A stretch of DNA of 64,000 nucleotides, from contig CAMTVF010000009.1 in the NCBI GenBank assembly GCA_947085115.1, positions 51,787-115,786 of the forward strand, read 5' to 3'. The notes under the pieces are model-generated. The model was not told where the DNA came from. It made no database searches and saw only the letters and a list, made by a program, of their open reading frames with translations. The DNA comes from an uncultured Opitutaceae bacterium (lineage in GTDB: Bacteria; Verrucomicrobiota; Verrucomicrobiia; Opitutales; Opitutaceae). Every line of letters starts with the position of its first letter. Position 1 is the first letter of the stretch. This document shows positions 27,899 to 37,682 of the stretch, piece by piece. The position numbers were made by a program, and so were the translations under genes.

Positions 27899-29686
27899 CT
27901 ATCGTGGGGCGCGCAATCTCTCGGCCAGCCGGACCATTTCCATATCCAATTGCTGCCCTTTTTCTACTCTGAGCGTGGATCGGGCGCGCGCCAAGGCGTC
28001 GCGGGCGGCCGGAAGCTGGTTTTGCTTATGCAAATGTTCAACGAAGGGCAGCACCACCTTGTCGTAGAAATCGATGCTCGCCCCGCGCCCGTGGAGCTCA
28101 AGCAGCCGGCGATAAGTCCTGATCTGACCTGCCAGATCTTCATTTTCCAAACCACGCTGCAACATTTCACCGGCCTGCTGAATGCTCAAGTCGCTGCGTT
28201 CGCCCTGGTATTTCCTCACCAAGCGCTGCTCTTCAATTGCCGCAACGCTCGTTTCGCCGCGTCCCCGAAGGCTCGCCACCAGTTGGGTCCCGAAGTCGCG
28301 CTCCAGGTCGGGATACTTTTGCAAGGCCAGCATTGCGTCACGCAAGGTGCCTTCGCGGACCCGCGGTTCATCGCCTGCGGCATCCTGCACGGCTATGAGC
28401 ACCTGCCAGGCCCCGAGGTTTCGGTGCTCACGATTCGTCGCCTCCCGTGCTGAACGAAGCGCATTGGGATAATCGCGAGCGCGGAGGTATTCGCGAGCGA
28501 ACGCCGCATGAATGGCTGAAAGTCGATACAAGGGCGTTGCACGAAATCGATCCGAGACAAAAAGCAATTCGTGGTCGGTGAACTCCCTCCAGGTTTGCGG
28601 ATCACGTGCGCGACCCGCGACAAAGCGTTGTTCAGCGTAGCGCCCCGCGTCGAGCACCCACCCTGCGGGTGAGAGGAATCCAAACCACGCATGCCGCCCA
28701 TCGAGACCGGCGCCGCGAAATAGCAAAGTAGGCACGCCTCGCGCCTTTCCCACCTGCGTCGCGAAATACGCCTGATCCACGCAGATGCCCCCTTCCTTGA
28801 GGATCGTCTCCAGTCTGTAATTCGCACCCGGCCAAGAATGTTTCCCCTGCTCCACCCGATCCTGCCGGTAACCCACCATGTCGTAAGCCCTGGCCATTTC
28901 CGACAGGGGCGGCGTGACGTTTCGTTGCGCCCAAGTCAGCTCGGCAAACGGCGTGCTGGTATCGATCACAAATTTCAACTCCGACGCCGGCAGGCGCCGC
29001 AAACGATGAGCGGTAACGTTGGCCCGATCCAGCCGCACCCAGAAGTTGAACGCCTCCACTGGAGACGGCAGGCGGCGTGGCAGTTGCCTCTCACTCACCT
29101 GACCGTGCGGCCAATCCGGCGGCGGCGGAACATCATACACCACCGCAATGGCCACCGCGAGCGAGGCGTAATCTGAAAACAAAGATGGATTCGCCGCATA
29201 GAGCTGCTGCAGTATCCGCAACACCTCGACCGGTTGGTCTTGGGAACTGAGCGTCTCAAAAAACCCCTGTGCGAAGGCATCGTTGCCGATCAGCCAGCGT
29301 TGCAAATCAGGCGCCACTTCGCCGCTCAGCGAACCTGGACCTGTCTCATAACGAGAGGCCATGTTCGGATGGCCCCCCCCCGTTGCCTCGACGGCCTTGA
29401 TCCATCCCTCAATCGCCCGCCCTCTCGGAGTCGCGAAAAGTTGGGACCACCGATACAAAAAATACCACGGCGCAGCCGAGGCGGCATCGCGTTCATATGC
29501 TTGGAGAGCCGCGGCCCGCAGACTGTTTTCCCAACGCCCCCAACCGGCGCGGGTCGCCACCGCGTGGATTTGATCGAGACGCGCCGGAGATGGCGGGCGC
29601 GCCGTCTCCTCAGGGGGAATCGTCCCCTCTTGCGCGTCCACTCGGGCGGCGAAGAAAAGGAGACAAATGAGCACGGGCCGCAGCAC
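27899..29686 (-). CDS. Exported protein with transglutaminase-like catalytic core
   Basis: Signal peptide; GGICVDQAYFA (Cys), RHAWFGF (His), WVLDAGRY (Asp); helical C-terminus. Confidence 0.65.
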   Translation of the reverse strand: MLRPVLICLLFFAARVDAQEGTIPPEETARPPSPARLDQIHAVATRAGWGRWENSLRAAALQAYERDAASAAPWYFLYRWSQLFATPRGRAIEGWIKAVEATGGGHPNMASRYETGPGSLSGEVAPDLQRWLIGNDAFAQGFFETLSSQDQPVEVLRILQQLYAANPSLFSDYASLAVAIAVVYDVPPPPDWPHGQVSERQLPRRLPSPVEAFNFWVRLDRANVTAHRLRRLPASELKFVIDTSTPFAELTWAQRNVTPPLSEMARAYDMVGYRQDRVEQGKHSWPGANYRLETILKEGGICVDQAYFATQVGKARGVPTLLFRGAGLDGRHAWFGFLSPAGWVLDAGRYAEQRFVAGRARDPQTWREFTDHELLFVSDRFRATPLYRLSAIHAAFAREYLRARDYPNALRSAREATNREHRNLGAWQVLIAVQDAAGDEPRVREGTLRDAMLALQKYPDLERDFGTQLVASLRGRGETSVAAIEEQRLVRKYQGERSDLSIQQAGEMLQRGLENEDLAGQIRTYRRLLELHGRGASIDFYDKVVLPFVEHLHKQNQLPAARDALARARSTLRVEKGQQLDMEMVRLAERLRAPR

Positions 29687-29759
29687 AGCCGAACCAAAGC
29701 AGAATGGCCGGCCTGGGCAAGCGTGCGCGCAGCGGGGCGACTACTCCTGCCACGGGCCA

Positions 29760-29785
29760 AAGAAATAGCCCGCCCGAGGGCGGTC
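29760..29785 (-). terminator. Intrinsic terminator after clpC
   Basis: On the minus strand ACCGCCCTCGGGCGGGC followed by TATTTCTTT. Confidence 0.55.
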
Positions 29786-29813
29786 TTCGAAATTCTACAG
29801 GGATCGCGTGGAA

Positions 29814-32342
29814 TTACGATGAAACACCCGTATCGGCTGCCGGTGTCTTTTGCTCGAACTCCAGGACGTCGCCATTGCGTTTCACAATGATCGGCTCGCC
29901 TTCCTTGATATCGCCGCGGAGCAGAGCCTCGGCGAGTGGATCTTCCAGGCAATGCTCCACTGCCCGACGCAGGGGACGTGCGCCGTATTTCTCATCGTAG
30001 CCTTTCTCGATCAGCAAGAGCTTCGATTCCGGCGAGAACTCGAGGAGGATGTTGCGGGTCGAGAGGCGCTTTACGACTTTGCCGACCTCGATGTCGACGA
30101 TCTTAATGAGCTCTTCCTTCCCGAGCGGCCGGAAGACCACGAGATCGTTGATGCGATTGAGGAACTCCGGCTTGAAGACGCGTTTCGCTTCCTCGAGCAC
30201 CTTTTCCTTAAGCTTGTCCATATCGTGGAAATCGGATGTCCCCGCTGCCGCGAAACCCATCGACGTCTGACGCTGGATGAGTTGAGCGCCGACATTGGTC
30301 GTCATCAAAATAATGGTGTTGCGGAAGTCGACCGTGCGACCGAGCGAGTCGGTCAAACGTCCGTCTTCTAGGATCTGCAACAGAAGCTGGACCACGTCCG
30401 GATGGGCTTTTTCGATTTCATCGAAGAGCACGACCGAATACGGGCGGCGGCGAACGGTCTCGGTGAGCTGACCGCCTTCTTCGTAGCCCACGTAGCCAGG
30501 AGGCGAACCAACCAGGCGGGAAACCGAGAATTTCTCCATGTATTCCGACATGTCGATCTGCACGATGGCGTCAGCCGACCCGAAAATTTGCGAAGCGAGT
30601 TGCTTGGCCAATTCCGTCTTACCCACGCCGGTGGGCCCGAGGAACATGAACGAACCGATCGGACGGCGCGGATCCTTGAGATCCGCCCGGCTGCGACGCA
30701 GCGCGCGGGCGATGGCAATAGTGGCCGCATCCTGACCGATGATGAATTTCTGCAGCTCGCTTTCGAGCGTCAGGAGCTTCTCGGTTTCCTTTTTCTCCAA
30801 ACGGCTCAGTGGAATACCCGTCCAATCGGAAACGATTCGCGCCATTTGCTCTTCATCGACGACAATGCGTTGTTCGTCGCGCGTCTTCTTCCACCCTTCG
30901 ATTGACTGTTCCTGCTTCGCGCGCAGTTGTTTCTCTTGATCGCGGAACTTGGCCGCTTCCTCGAAATGCTGGGCGGCGATCGCCTGCTCCTTCTGGATGC
31001 AAACCTCGTCAATTTCCTTCGTCATCGCCTCGATTTCCGGCGGTCGGTTGAGCGAAGTGATGCGGGCCCGGGAACCCGCCTCGTCAAGCACGTCGATCGC
31101 CTTGTCGGGCATAAAACGGCCTGTGATGTAGCGATCCGACAGCTTCGCCGCAGCTTCGAGCCCCTTGTCGGTGAAGGTGGCCTTGTGGTGTTCCTCGTAT
31201 TTGCTGCGGATGCCCTTGAGAATGATGATCGTGTCCGCCACCGAGGGTGGCTCCACCTTGACGCTTTGGAAACGGCGATCGAGCGCGCTGTCTTTTTCGA
31301 TATACTTGCGATACTCGTTGAAAGTCGTGGCGCCGATGCATTGCAGCTCGCCGCGGGAAAGGGCGGGCTTGAAAATGTTGGAAGCATCCATCGCACCCTC
31401 GGCGGCGCCCGCTCCTACGATGGTGTGCAATTCGTCGATAAAGATAATGACGTTCTTCGCCCGCTTGATCTCGTCCATCACCGCCTTGATCCGCTCTTCA
31501 AACTGACCGCGGTATTTGGTGCCCGCGACCATCAGGGCAAGATCGAGCGTGATGACCTTCTTGTCGGCGAGGATCTCGGGCACATTGCCTTTGGAAATTT
31601 CCTGAGCGAGGCCTTCCACAATGGCCGTTTTGCCCACCCCGGCTTCGCCGACGAGCACCGGATTGTTCTTGGTGCGTCGGCACAAAATTTGAATGACGCG
31701 GCGGATTTCGTCCTGACGGCCAACCACCGGATCCATTTCGCCTTTGCGGGCAAGCTCCGTGAGGTCGCGACCGAATGCCTTGAGCGCAGGTGTCTTCACG
31801 TCCTTCTTGTCGTCGCTTACTGAACGGGAGGAGGGTTCCTCGCCACTCCCTGCGCCGGCACCGGCAACGCCTTCGCCGGCCTGTCCCGCAGCGAATTGTG
31901 GATCGAGTTCCCGGAGGATTTCGTTGCGCGTGCGTTCGATGTCGATGTCGAGTGACTTGAGGACGCGCGCGGCGACCCCTTCCCCTTCACGCAGCAGACC
32001 GAGCAAGATGTGCTCGGTGCCGACGTAGGAATGGTTGAGCGCCTTGGCTTCCTTCCCGGCAAGAGCGAGGACCTTCTTAACTCTCGGGGTGTAGGGAATG
32101 CTGCTTGCCGGCGTCTTGGTTTCTTGGCCGAGGCCAACCTGCTTTTCGACCTCACCACGAACCGTCTCCAAATCGAGCCCCATTTTTTGCAGGACACTGA
32201 CGGCGACGCCTTGCCCCAGCTTGATCAAGCCAAGCAGAAGATGTTCCGTGCCAACATAGTTATGATGGAAGCGGTCCGCTTCTTTGCGTGCCAACGCCAG
32301 CACCTGTTGGGCGCGCGGCGTGAAATTATTCATGGGTTCCAT
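29814..32342 (-). CDS. clpC: ATP-dependent Clp protease ATPase ClpC
   Basis: Two Clp-N repeats ([18 protein letters not shown]); GEAGVGKT; UVR motif [11 protein letters not shown]; GPTGVGKT; YGARPLRR. Confidence 0.96.
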   Translation of the reverse strand: MEPMNNFTPRAQQVLALARKEADRFHHNYVGTEHLLLGLIKLGQGVAVSVLQKMGLDLETVRGEVEKQVGLGQETKTPASSIPYTPRVKKVLALAGKEAKALNHSYVGTEHILLGLLREGEGVAARVLKSLDIDIERTRNEILRELDPQFAAGQAGEGVAGAGAGSGEEPSSRSVSDDKKDVKTPALKAFGRDLTELARKGEMDPVVGRQDEIRRVIQILCRRTKNNPVLVGEAGVGKTAIVEGLAQEISKGNVPEILADKKVITLDLALMVAGTKYRGQFEERIKAVMDEIKRAKNVIIFIDELHTIVGAGAAEGAMDASNIFKPALSRGELQCIGATTFNEYRKYIEKDSALDRRFQSVKVEPPSVADTIIILKGIRSKYEEHHKATFTDKGLEAAAKLSDRYITGRFMPDKAIDVLDEAGSRARITSLNRPPEIEAMTKEIDEVCIQKEQAIAAQHFEEAAKFRDQEKQLRAKQEQSIEGWKKTRDEQRIVVDEEQMARIVSDWTGIPLSRLEKKETEKLLTLESELQKFIIGQDAATIAIARALRRSRADLKDPRRPIGSFMFLGPTGVGKTELAKQLASQIFGSADAIVQIDMSEYMEKFSVSRLVGSPPGYVGYEEGGQLTETVRRRPYSVVLFDEIEKAHPDVVQLLLQILEDGRLTDSLGRTVDFRNTIILMTTNVGAQLIQRQTSMGFAAAGTSDFHDMDKLKEKVLEEAKRVFKPEFLNRINDLVVFRPLGKEELIKIVDIEVGKVVKRLSTRNILLEFSPESKLLLIEKGYDEKYGARPLRRAVEHCLEDPLAEALLRGDIKEGEPIIVKRNGDVLEFEQKTPAADTGVSS

Positions 32343-32377
32343 TGAGACCTTTTTTGAAAGTGTTTAAGGTGAATCGG

Positions 32378-33460
32378 TTACTTCGAGGCATTACTGAAGT
32401 CCGGACCTGGCAATTTGGCAAATTCGAGCCGCAAGAGCTTCCCGCGCAACACGTCCCGCTGGCCGGATTCAACCGTCTCTCTTGCGTTGTGTTGAATGTG
32501 TCCGGGTTGGCATTCGATGAAAAGGCGGTCGACCACCGCCCGTTGCACATCGGGGAAGACTGAGAGATCAATGCCGAGTCTGATCAACGAAAGCAGGTTC
32601 ATTGCTTCCCCGGAATTGAGCAAGAACCCGTGCTGCAAGATTCCGTAGGCGCGCCCGATCTTGTCGAAGAGTTTGGTCGGCTCAGAGTCGATGAGACGTT
32701 CGCGAGCGTTCAACTCTTGTTCGATGATCGTGTTCAACACGCCGGTGAGGTGCTTGATGATGTCCTCTTCGGATTCGCCGAGAGTGGTCTGGTTGGAGAT
32801 TTGAAAAATGCTGCCGCTTGCATCGGAGCCCTCGCCGAACAACCCGCGCACCGCCATGCCGAGTTGATTGACCGCGCGCACGATCTTTTCCATCTGACCG
32901 GAAATCACGAGTGCGGGCAAGTGCATCATCGTCGACGCACGAATGGCCGTGCCGAGATTGGTCGGACACGCCGTCAGGTAACCGCGCTGCGGGGAAAAAG
33001 CGTAGTCGAGGTGTTCTTCCAATTCAGTGTCGAGCGCGTCGATCGTGCTCCAGACTTTTTTAAATTGGAATCCCGAGCGCAGGACCTGGATGCGCAGGTG
33101 ATCCTCCTCATTGATCATCACGACACAGGACTGATCCTTGCTGATGACGACGCCGGAGCCCGGCTTGCCGTGGGTGAGTTCGCGACTGATGAGATGGCGC
33201 TCAACAAGAATTTGCCGCTCGAGGTCGGAGATGTCTTCGGAAGCAATCGCAATACCGCGCTTCATTTGGGGCAGCGAAGAGACGGCCTGCAAACAGGTCG
33301 CGAACACATCGCGGCGCTGCGCCTCCTTGGCCCAACCGGGGAACGGCATGCGAGCAAGGTTGCGCGCGAGTCGGATGCGCGTCATCAGCACGACTGCGCT
33401 CTTATTGGCGCTAGAATCGGTCAGCTCGGAATGCGCGGTGAGAAGTTCGTTGAGCTTCAT
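32378..33460 (-). CDS. mcsB: Protein arginine kinase McsB
   Basis: RIRLARN, LVERHLIS, INEEDHLR, GYLTACPTNLGT, VRGLFGEGS, QISNQTTLG. Confidence 0.95.
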   Translation of the reverse strand: MKLNELLTAHSELTDSSANKSAVVLMTRIRLARNLARMPFPGWAKEAQRRDVFATCLQAVSSLPQMKRGIAIASEDISDLERQILVERHLISRELTHGKPGSGVVISKDQSCVVMINEEDHLRIQVLRSGFQFKKVWSTIDALDTELEEHLDYAFSPQRGYLTACPTNLGTAIRASTMMHLPALVISGQMEKIVRAVNQLGMAVRGLFGEGSDASGSIFQISNQTTLGESEEDIIKHLTGVLNTIIEQELNARERLIDSEPTKLFDKIGRAYGILQHGFLLNSGEAMNLLSLIRLGIDLSVFPDVQRAVVDRLFIECQPGHIQHNARETVESGQRDVLRGKLLRLEFAKLPGPDFSNASK

Positions 33461-33966
33461 TTGGGATTGACCACCTTGTTGCCCACGGCCTGGCGGACTT
33501 CCTGGATTTCGTCGCGGTAGCGAGCGGCATCCTCGTAGCGCTCAGACTTGATCGCGAGGTCGAGTTCGGTTTCTAGGTTTGTCAAACGCTCGTAGAGTGA
33601 GCGGCGTTCGAGCGCTTTCTGCGGCGTCTTGCCGACGTGAGAGACGCCCTTGTGCATGCTGTCGAGCACAGGCTCAATGACAGCGGCGAAAGCATCGTAA
33701 CAAGCCGGGCAACCAAAGCGACCGGTCTTCTTGAAGTCCTGCTGCGCGAAACCGCAGACCCCGCATTGGGTGTCATTACGCGGCTCAGGATTGAGAGATG
33801 CCTTGAGCAGGAGGTCCGCGAGCGAAAACCCACTCGGGTCGGTCACGCCCTTCGCCTGCGCGCACGCCTCACACAGGTCAACCTTGTGGATCTTGTTGTT
33901 GACGATCTGGGTGAGGTGAACGGTCGCCGGTTTGGCGCAAAGGTCACATTTGAGGGATTTTGCCAT
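33457..33966 (-). CDS. mcsA: McsA activator (CxxC repeats plus UvrB/C motif)
   Basis: Four CxxC motifs (CDLC, CEAC, CGVC, CPAC); ERYEDAARYRDEI. Confidence 0.92.
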   Translation of the reverse strand: MAKSLKCDLCAKPATVHLTQIVNNKIHKVDLCEACAQAKGVTDPSGFSLADLLLKASLNPEPRNDTQCGVCGFAQQDFKKTGRFGCPACYDAFAAVIEPVLDSMHKGVSHVGKTPQKALERRSLYERLTNLETELDLAIKSERYEDAARYRDEIQEVRQAVGNKVVNPK

Positions 33967-34113
33967 GTAAGTTGCTGAAATTGAACGGGTTTGCAGTGCA
34001 CTGCCGTTCACCTCGGGTGCCCGGCAAGAATGCTCTGCCCAACCCAACTTCAAGAATGTCCAAACTGGAAAGGGACGCAAGTGCGCAGTCCATCCCAAAC
34101 CTTGCAACGAGCA

Positions 34114-34980
34114 TCAAATTCGCACGCCTTCTTTTTTCACCCGTTGGCGAAATTCGGTGAGCAGCTTGCCGGTAATTTCTCCGGGCCTGCCGGAGCCGAT
34201 TACGCGGCCGTCCAATTTGACCGCTGGAATGACCTCCGCCCCGGTTCCTGTGAGGAAACACTCGTCGGCGCACCAGACATCGTAACGCGTGAGATTCTGT
34301 TCGCGGCAGGGAATGTCCATGTCCTTCGCGATGTCGAAAATCGTTTCGCGGGTGATGCCCTTGAGCGCGCCCTGCGCTGCGGACGGAGTGAAAATGACTC
34401 CCTTGTGCACGATAAACAAGTTATCCGCCGTGCACTCAGCGATGAAGCCCTGGTCGTTGAGCATGATGCCTTCGAGGGCCCCACCCTGCCTCGCCTCGAT
34501 CTTGCCCAAAATGTTGTTCAGGTAATTCAATGACTTCACCGTCGGCGGCAACGCCGCGGGATTGATGCGGCGGGTCGGCACCGTGACGATCGAGAGTCCG
34601 TTTTCGTAGTGCTCCTTCGGATACATCTGGATCGTGCTCGCGATGATGAAGGTCGTAGGTTTGGCACATAGCCATGGAGCCAGACCGAGATCACCCACCC
34701 CCCGGGTTACGACCAATCGGATATAGCCATCGCGGAGCTTGTTGCGGCGGCAGGTCTCGCATATCGCGTCAGCCAGCTCCTGCCGGTTCAGCGGGAGGTC
34801 GAGCATGATCGCCTTGGCCGAATACTCGAAGCGCTCGAGATGCTCCAGCAACCGGAAGACATTCCCTTCATAGAGCCGAATGCCCTCGAAGATGCCATCG
34901 CCATAGAGCAGGCCATGGTCGAAAACCGAGACCTTTGCTTCTGCGGAATCAACGTATTTGCCATCAAGATAAACGATCAT
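34114..34980 (-). CDS. ilvE: Branched-chain amino acid aminotransferase
   Basis: [42 protein letters not shown]. Confidence 0.93.
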   Translation of the reverse strand: MIVYLDGKYVDSAEAKVSVFDHGLLYGDGIFEGIRLYEGNVFRLLEHLERFEYSAKAIMLDLPLNRQELADAICETCRRNKLRDGYIRLVVTRGVGDLGLAPWLCAKPTTFIIASTIQMYPKEHYENGLSIVTVPTRRINPAALPPTVKSLNYLNNILGKIEARQGGALEGIMLNDQGFIAECTADNLFIVHKGVIFTPSAAQGALKGITRETIFDIAKDMDIPCREQNLTRYDVWCADECFLTGTGAEVIPAVKLDGRVIGSGRPGEITGKLLTEFRQRVKKEGVRI

Positions 34981-35069
34981 ACTTAAGAATGAACCAACAG
35001 TATCGCGCCTCAAAAGGCGAGTTTCAGCTTGAAGTATCCGGGCCCTATGACTCATCTTCCATCCCTGTT

Positions 35070-35834
35070 ATGGCATTTGTCGCACGCCGCCCTGCAGCAG
35101 GTTTCACTCTCATCGAACTGCTCACGGTTATTGCCATCATTGGCATTTTGGCGGCCCTGATTTTCCCGACGGTTGGCAGGGTCCGCGAAACCGCCCAGCG
35201 CACGGTCGACGCGAATAATCTCCGCGAAATCATCAAGGCGGCCCAGATCTATGCGGCCGACAACAACGACCGCCTGCCGGACCCGCAAATGCTCGCGAAT
35301 CAAACCCCGCCCCCAGTCTCCGGCGGCACGGGCGTTTTCTTGTGGGCCGGAATCCTCGCCCAAAGGGGCATCCTCACTGATCCTTCCTTCTATTTCGCCA
35401 AGAATGACCCCCAGTTCAACGGCGTCTACCCGACCGCCATCGTCAGTCCCGCCAATCGCGCCGTCCTTGACCCAAGTTTCACGACCAATCGAGTGCTGAG
35501 TTTTGAATTTGTCGGTGGCTTGCGCATGAGTGACGGGCCAACCGTGCCCGTGGCATTCACCCGGGGTCTTCAGAGCACCGGCACTTGGAGCGCCGAGAGT
35601 GGAGTCTACCGCGACGTCGGCGGACACATCGCTTTTCTGGGCGGTAACGTCCAGTTTTACCCCAACACCCAAGAAGCCGCTACTCAGCTCACGCTGAATA
35701 ACGGGCAAAAAGGTAGCTCTGTCCTACAAGCGCTACCCTATCATGCAAACCCGGTAAGTAACCCCCGAGTCTATGCGACGTCTCCCGCAGGGGTCGGCTC
35801 TCCAGCCGGCACCCCTGCGGAACGCGCCCCATAG
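35070..35834 (+). CDS. Type IV prepilin-like protein
   Basis: Cleavage/methylation site G|[22 protein letters not shown]; C-terminal [11 protein letters not shown]. Confidence 0.88.
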   Translation: MAFVARRPAAGFTLIELLTVIAIIGILAALIFPTVGRVRETAQRTVDANNLREIIKAAQIYAADNNDRLPDPQMLANQTPPPVSGGTGVFLWAGILAQRGILTDPSFYFAKNDPQFNGVYPTAIVSPANRAVLDPSFTTNRVLSFEFVGGLRMSDGPTVPVAFTRGLQSTGTWSAESGVYRDVGGHIAFLGGNVQFYPNTQEAATQLTLNNGQKGSSVLQALPYHANPVSNPRVYATSPAGVGSPAGTPAERAP

Positions 35835-35878
35835 CAATGTTAGGTCAGTTAGTATCCGCCATTGCTTTCGGCTAAAGA

Positions 35879-35916
35879 GAAAAGCCCGGCCTGCACAGGT
35901 CGGGCTTTTTTCTTTT
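35879..35916. terminator. Intrinsic (possibly bidirectional) terminator
   Basis: GAAAAGCCCGGCCTG-ca-CAGGTCGGGCTTTTTTCTTTT. Confidence 0.8.
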
Positions 35917-35955
35917 CCCCCCGCAGCACCCGCATACGCTGGTCGGCCACACACC

Positions 35956-37629
35956 ATGACAGCCGCCACTCCCATTTACGTCGTAGGACATAAGAATCCC
36001 GATGCGGATTCCATTTGCTCCGCCATTGCCTACGCAGCCTTCAAGGAAGCACGGGGAGAAACTGGTTATCTCGCCGCGCGTTGCGGCAATACCAACGCTC
36101 GGATCGACGCCATCCTCTCGCGCTTCCGCACCCCCTTGCCTCTTTACTTGAGCGACGTTCGCCCGCGCGTCGAGGACGTGATGGTAGCCGACGTGCACAG
36201 CGTCGTTGAAACCGCCTCCTGTGCCGAAGCACTCGAATTCATCGATCGCCACGGTCATCGCCTCGTGCCGGTGCTGGACGCCGAGCAGAAACTCGTTGGC
36301 ACCGTCACCGCCCCGCAACTCGCCCACGCTTTTCTGCCCCAGATCGCGGAGCCAAAGAAGATGCGATTAGTGACCACCGACCTGAATTCCATCGCGCGAA
36401 CCTTGCATGCCGAATTGATCTTTCTCGGCGCGGATCCCGACCGTGTGGAAGAACTCTACGTCCGCATTGGGGCGATGGACATCGGAACCTTTTGGCGCAT
36501 GTCGCAGGAGGAAGGTATTCCCGCCGACCGCTCCATTATTGTCGTCGGCGACCGAAGCGACGTGCAAAGCAAGGCCATCGATCTCGGGGTGCGCTTGCTC
36601 GTTATCTCCGGTGGCCGCAAAGTTCATGTTTCGATCGTCACCGCCGCGCAGGAACGAGGTGTCAGTCTGATCATCAGTCCCTTCGACACTGCCACGACCG
36701 CTTGGCTCATTCGCACCGCCGGCCGGCTGGCACCACTGATCGACCGCAAGTTCGCTTCCGTCAGTGCCGATGCCCGTCTTTCCGACATCCGCAAAAAAAT
36801 CGGCTCAACCAACATACCGGCGTTCTTGGTGCTCGGAGAAAACGGCCGCTTGCGGGGTATCCTCACCAAGACCGATATGCTCAAGCCGGTGCCGACCCGC
36901 CTCGTGCTGGTCGATCACAACGAGCTGGCGCAGGCTGTCCCGGGGGCCGATGAAGTCACGATCACAGAGATCATCGATCACCATCGGCTCGGGCCCATGG
37001 CCACGCCCCAACCGATTCTCTTCATCAACGAGCCTGTCGGCTCCACCTGCACGATCGTCGCCGATCTTTTTCGCCGCTTTGCCATCAAGCCCGGCGCCGA
37101 CCTCGCGGGGTTGATGATGTCGGGCCTCATTTCCGACACCCTCTTTTTGCAGAGCCCCACGTCCACCGCCAAGGATGCAGAGGTCCTCGCGTGGCTCGAG
37201 ACACACGCCGACATCAAGGCGAAGGCGCTGGCCGAGCTTATCTTCAGCTCCGGCTCCGTCATTCTTGCCCACTCGGCCGCGACGATCGTCCGTTCCGACT
37301 TCAAGATCTACGAGGAAGAGGAAGTCCAGTTCGCCGTCTCGCAGGTTGAAGAACTCGGATTCGACAATTTCTGGATCCACGCGGAGGAGATCGCGACTGC
37401 CCTCGCCGACCTGCGCGCTGTCGAGCGCCTCACCTTTGCTGCGCTCCTGGTGACTGACATCAATACCCAGAATTCACTGCTCCTCGTAAAGGGGGATCCC
37501 GAGTTCATTCACCGCATTTCTTACGCCCATGTCGAACAAGACGAGATATTCGACCTCCCCGGCGTTGTCTCCCGCAAGAAACAGCTTATCCCCTACTTGA
37601 CCAGCCTGCTCCGCGAGATGCGCGGCTGA
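35956..37629 (+). CDS. ppaC: Family II Mn-dependent inorganic pyrophosphatase with CBS/DRTGG insert
   Basis: GHKNPDADS; CBS pair; VVGDR; VDHNE; IIDHH; EPVGSTCT; ISDT; VVSRKKQLIP. Confidence 0.92.
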   Translation: MTAATPIYVVGHKNPDADSICSAIAYAAFKEARGETGYLAARCGNTNARIDAILSRFRTPLPLYLSDVRPRVEDVMVADVHSVVETASCAEALEFIDRHGHRLVPVLDAEQKLVGTVTAPQLAHAFLPQIAEPKKMRLVTTDLNSIARTLHAELIFLGADPDRVEELYVRIGAMDIGTFWRMSQEEGIPADRSIIVVGDRSDVQSKAIDLGVRLLVISGGRKVHVSIVTAAQERGVSLIISPFDTATTAWLIRTAGRLAPLIDRKFASVSADARLSDIRKKIGSTNIPAFLVLGENGRLRGILTKTDMLKPVPTRLVLVDHNELAQAVPGADEVTITEIIDHHRLGPMATPQPILFINEPVGSTCTIVADLFRRFAIKPGADLAGLMMSGLISDTLFLQSPTSTAKDAEVLAWLETHADIKAKALAELIFSSGSVILAHSAATIVRSDFKIYEEEEVQFAVSQVEELGFDNFWIHAEEIATALADLRAVERLTFAALLVTDINTQNSLLLVKGDPEFIHRISYAHVEQDEIFDLPGVVSRKKQLIPYLTSLLREMRG

Positions 37630-37682
37630 CCTGCTCAAACTGCTGTTGCCTCGGTGCGTCCGCCTCCGCAACTTGCCCCTTG

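Noticed and set aside
33967-34113. CIRCE or CtsR boxes upstream of mcsA
   Set aside because: Neither TTAGCACTC-N9-GAGTGCTAA nor tandem GGTCAAA heptads are present.
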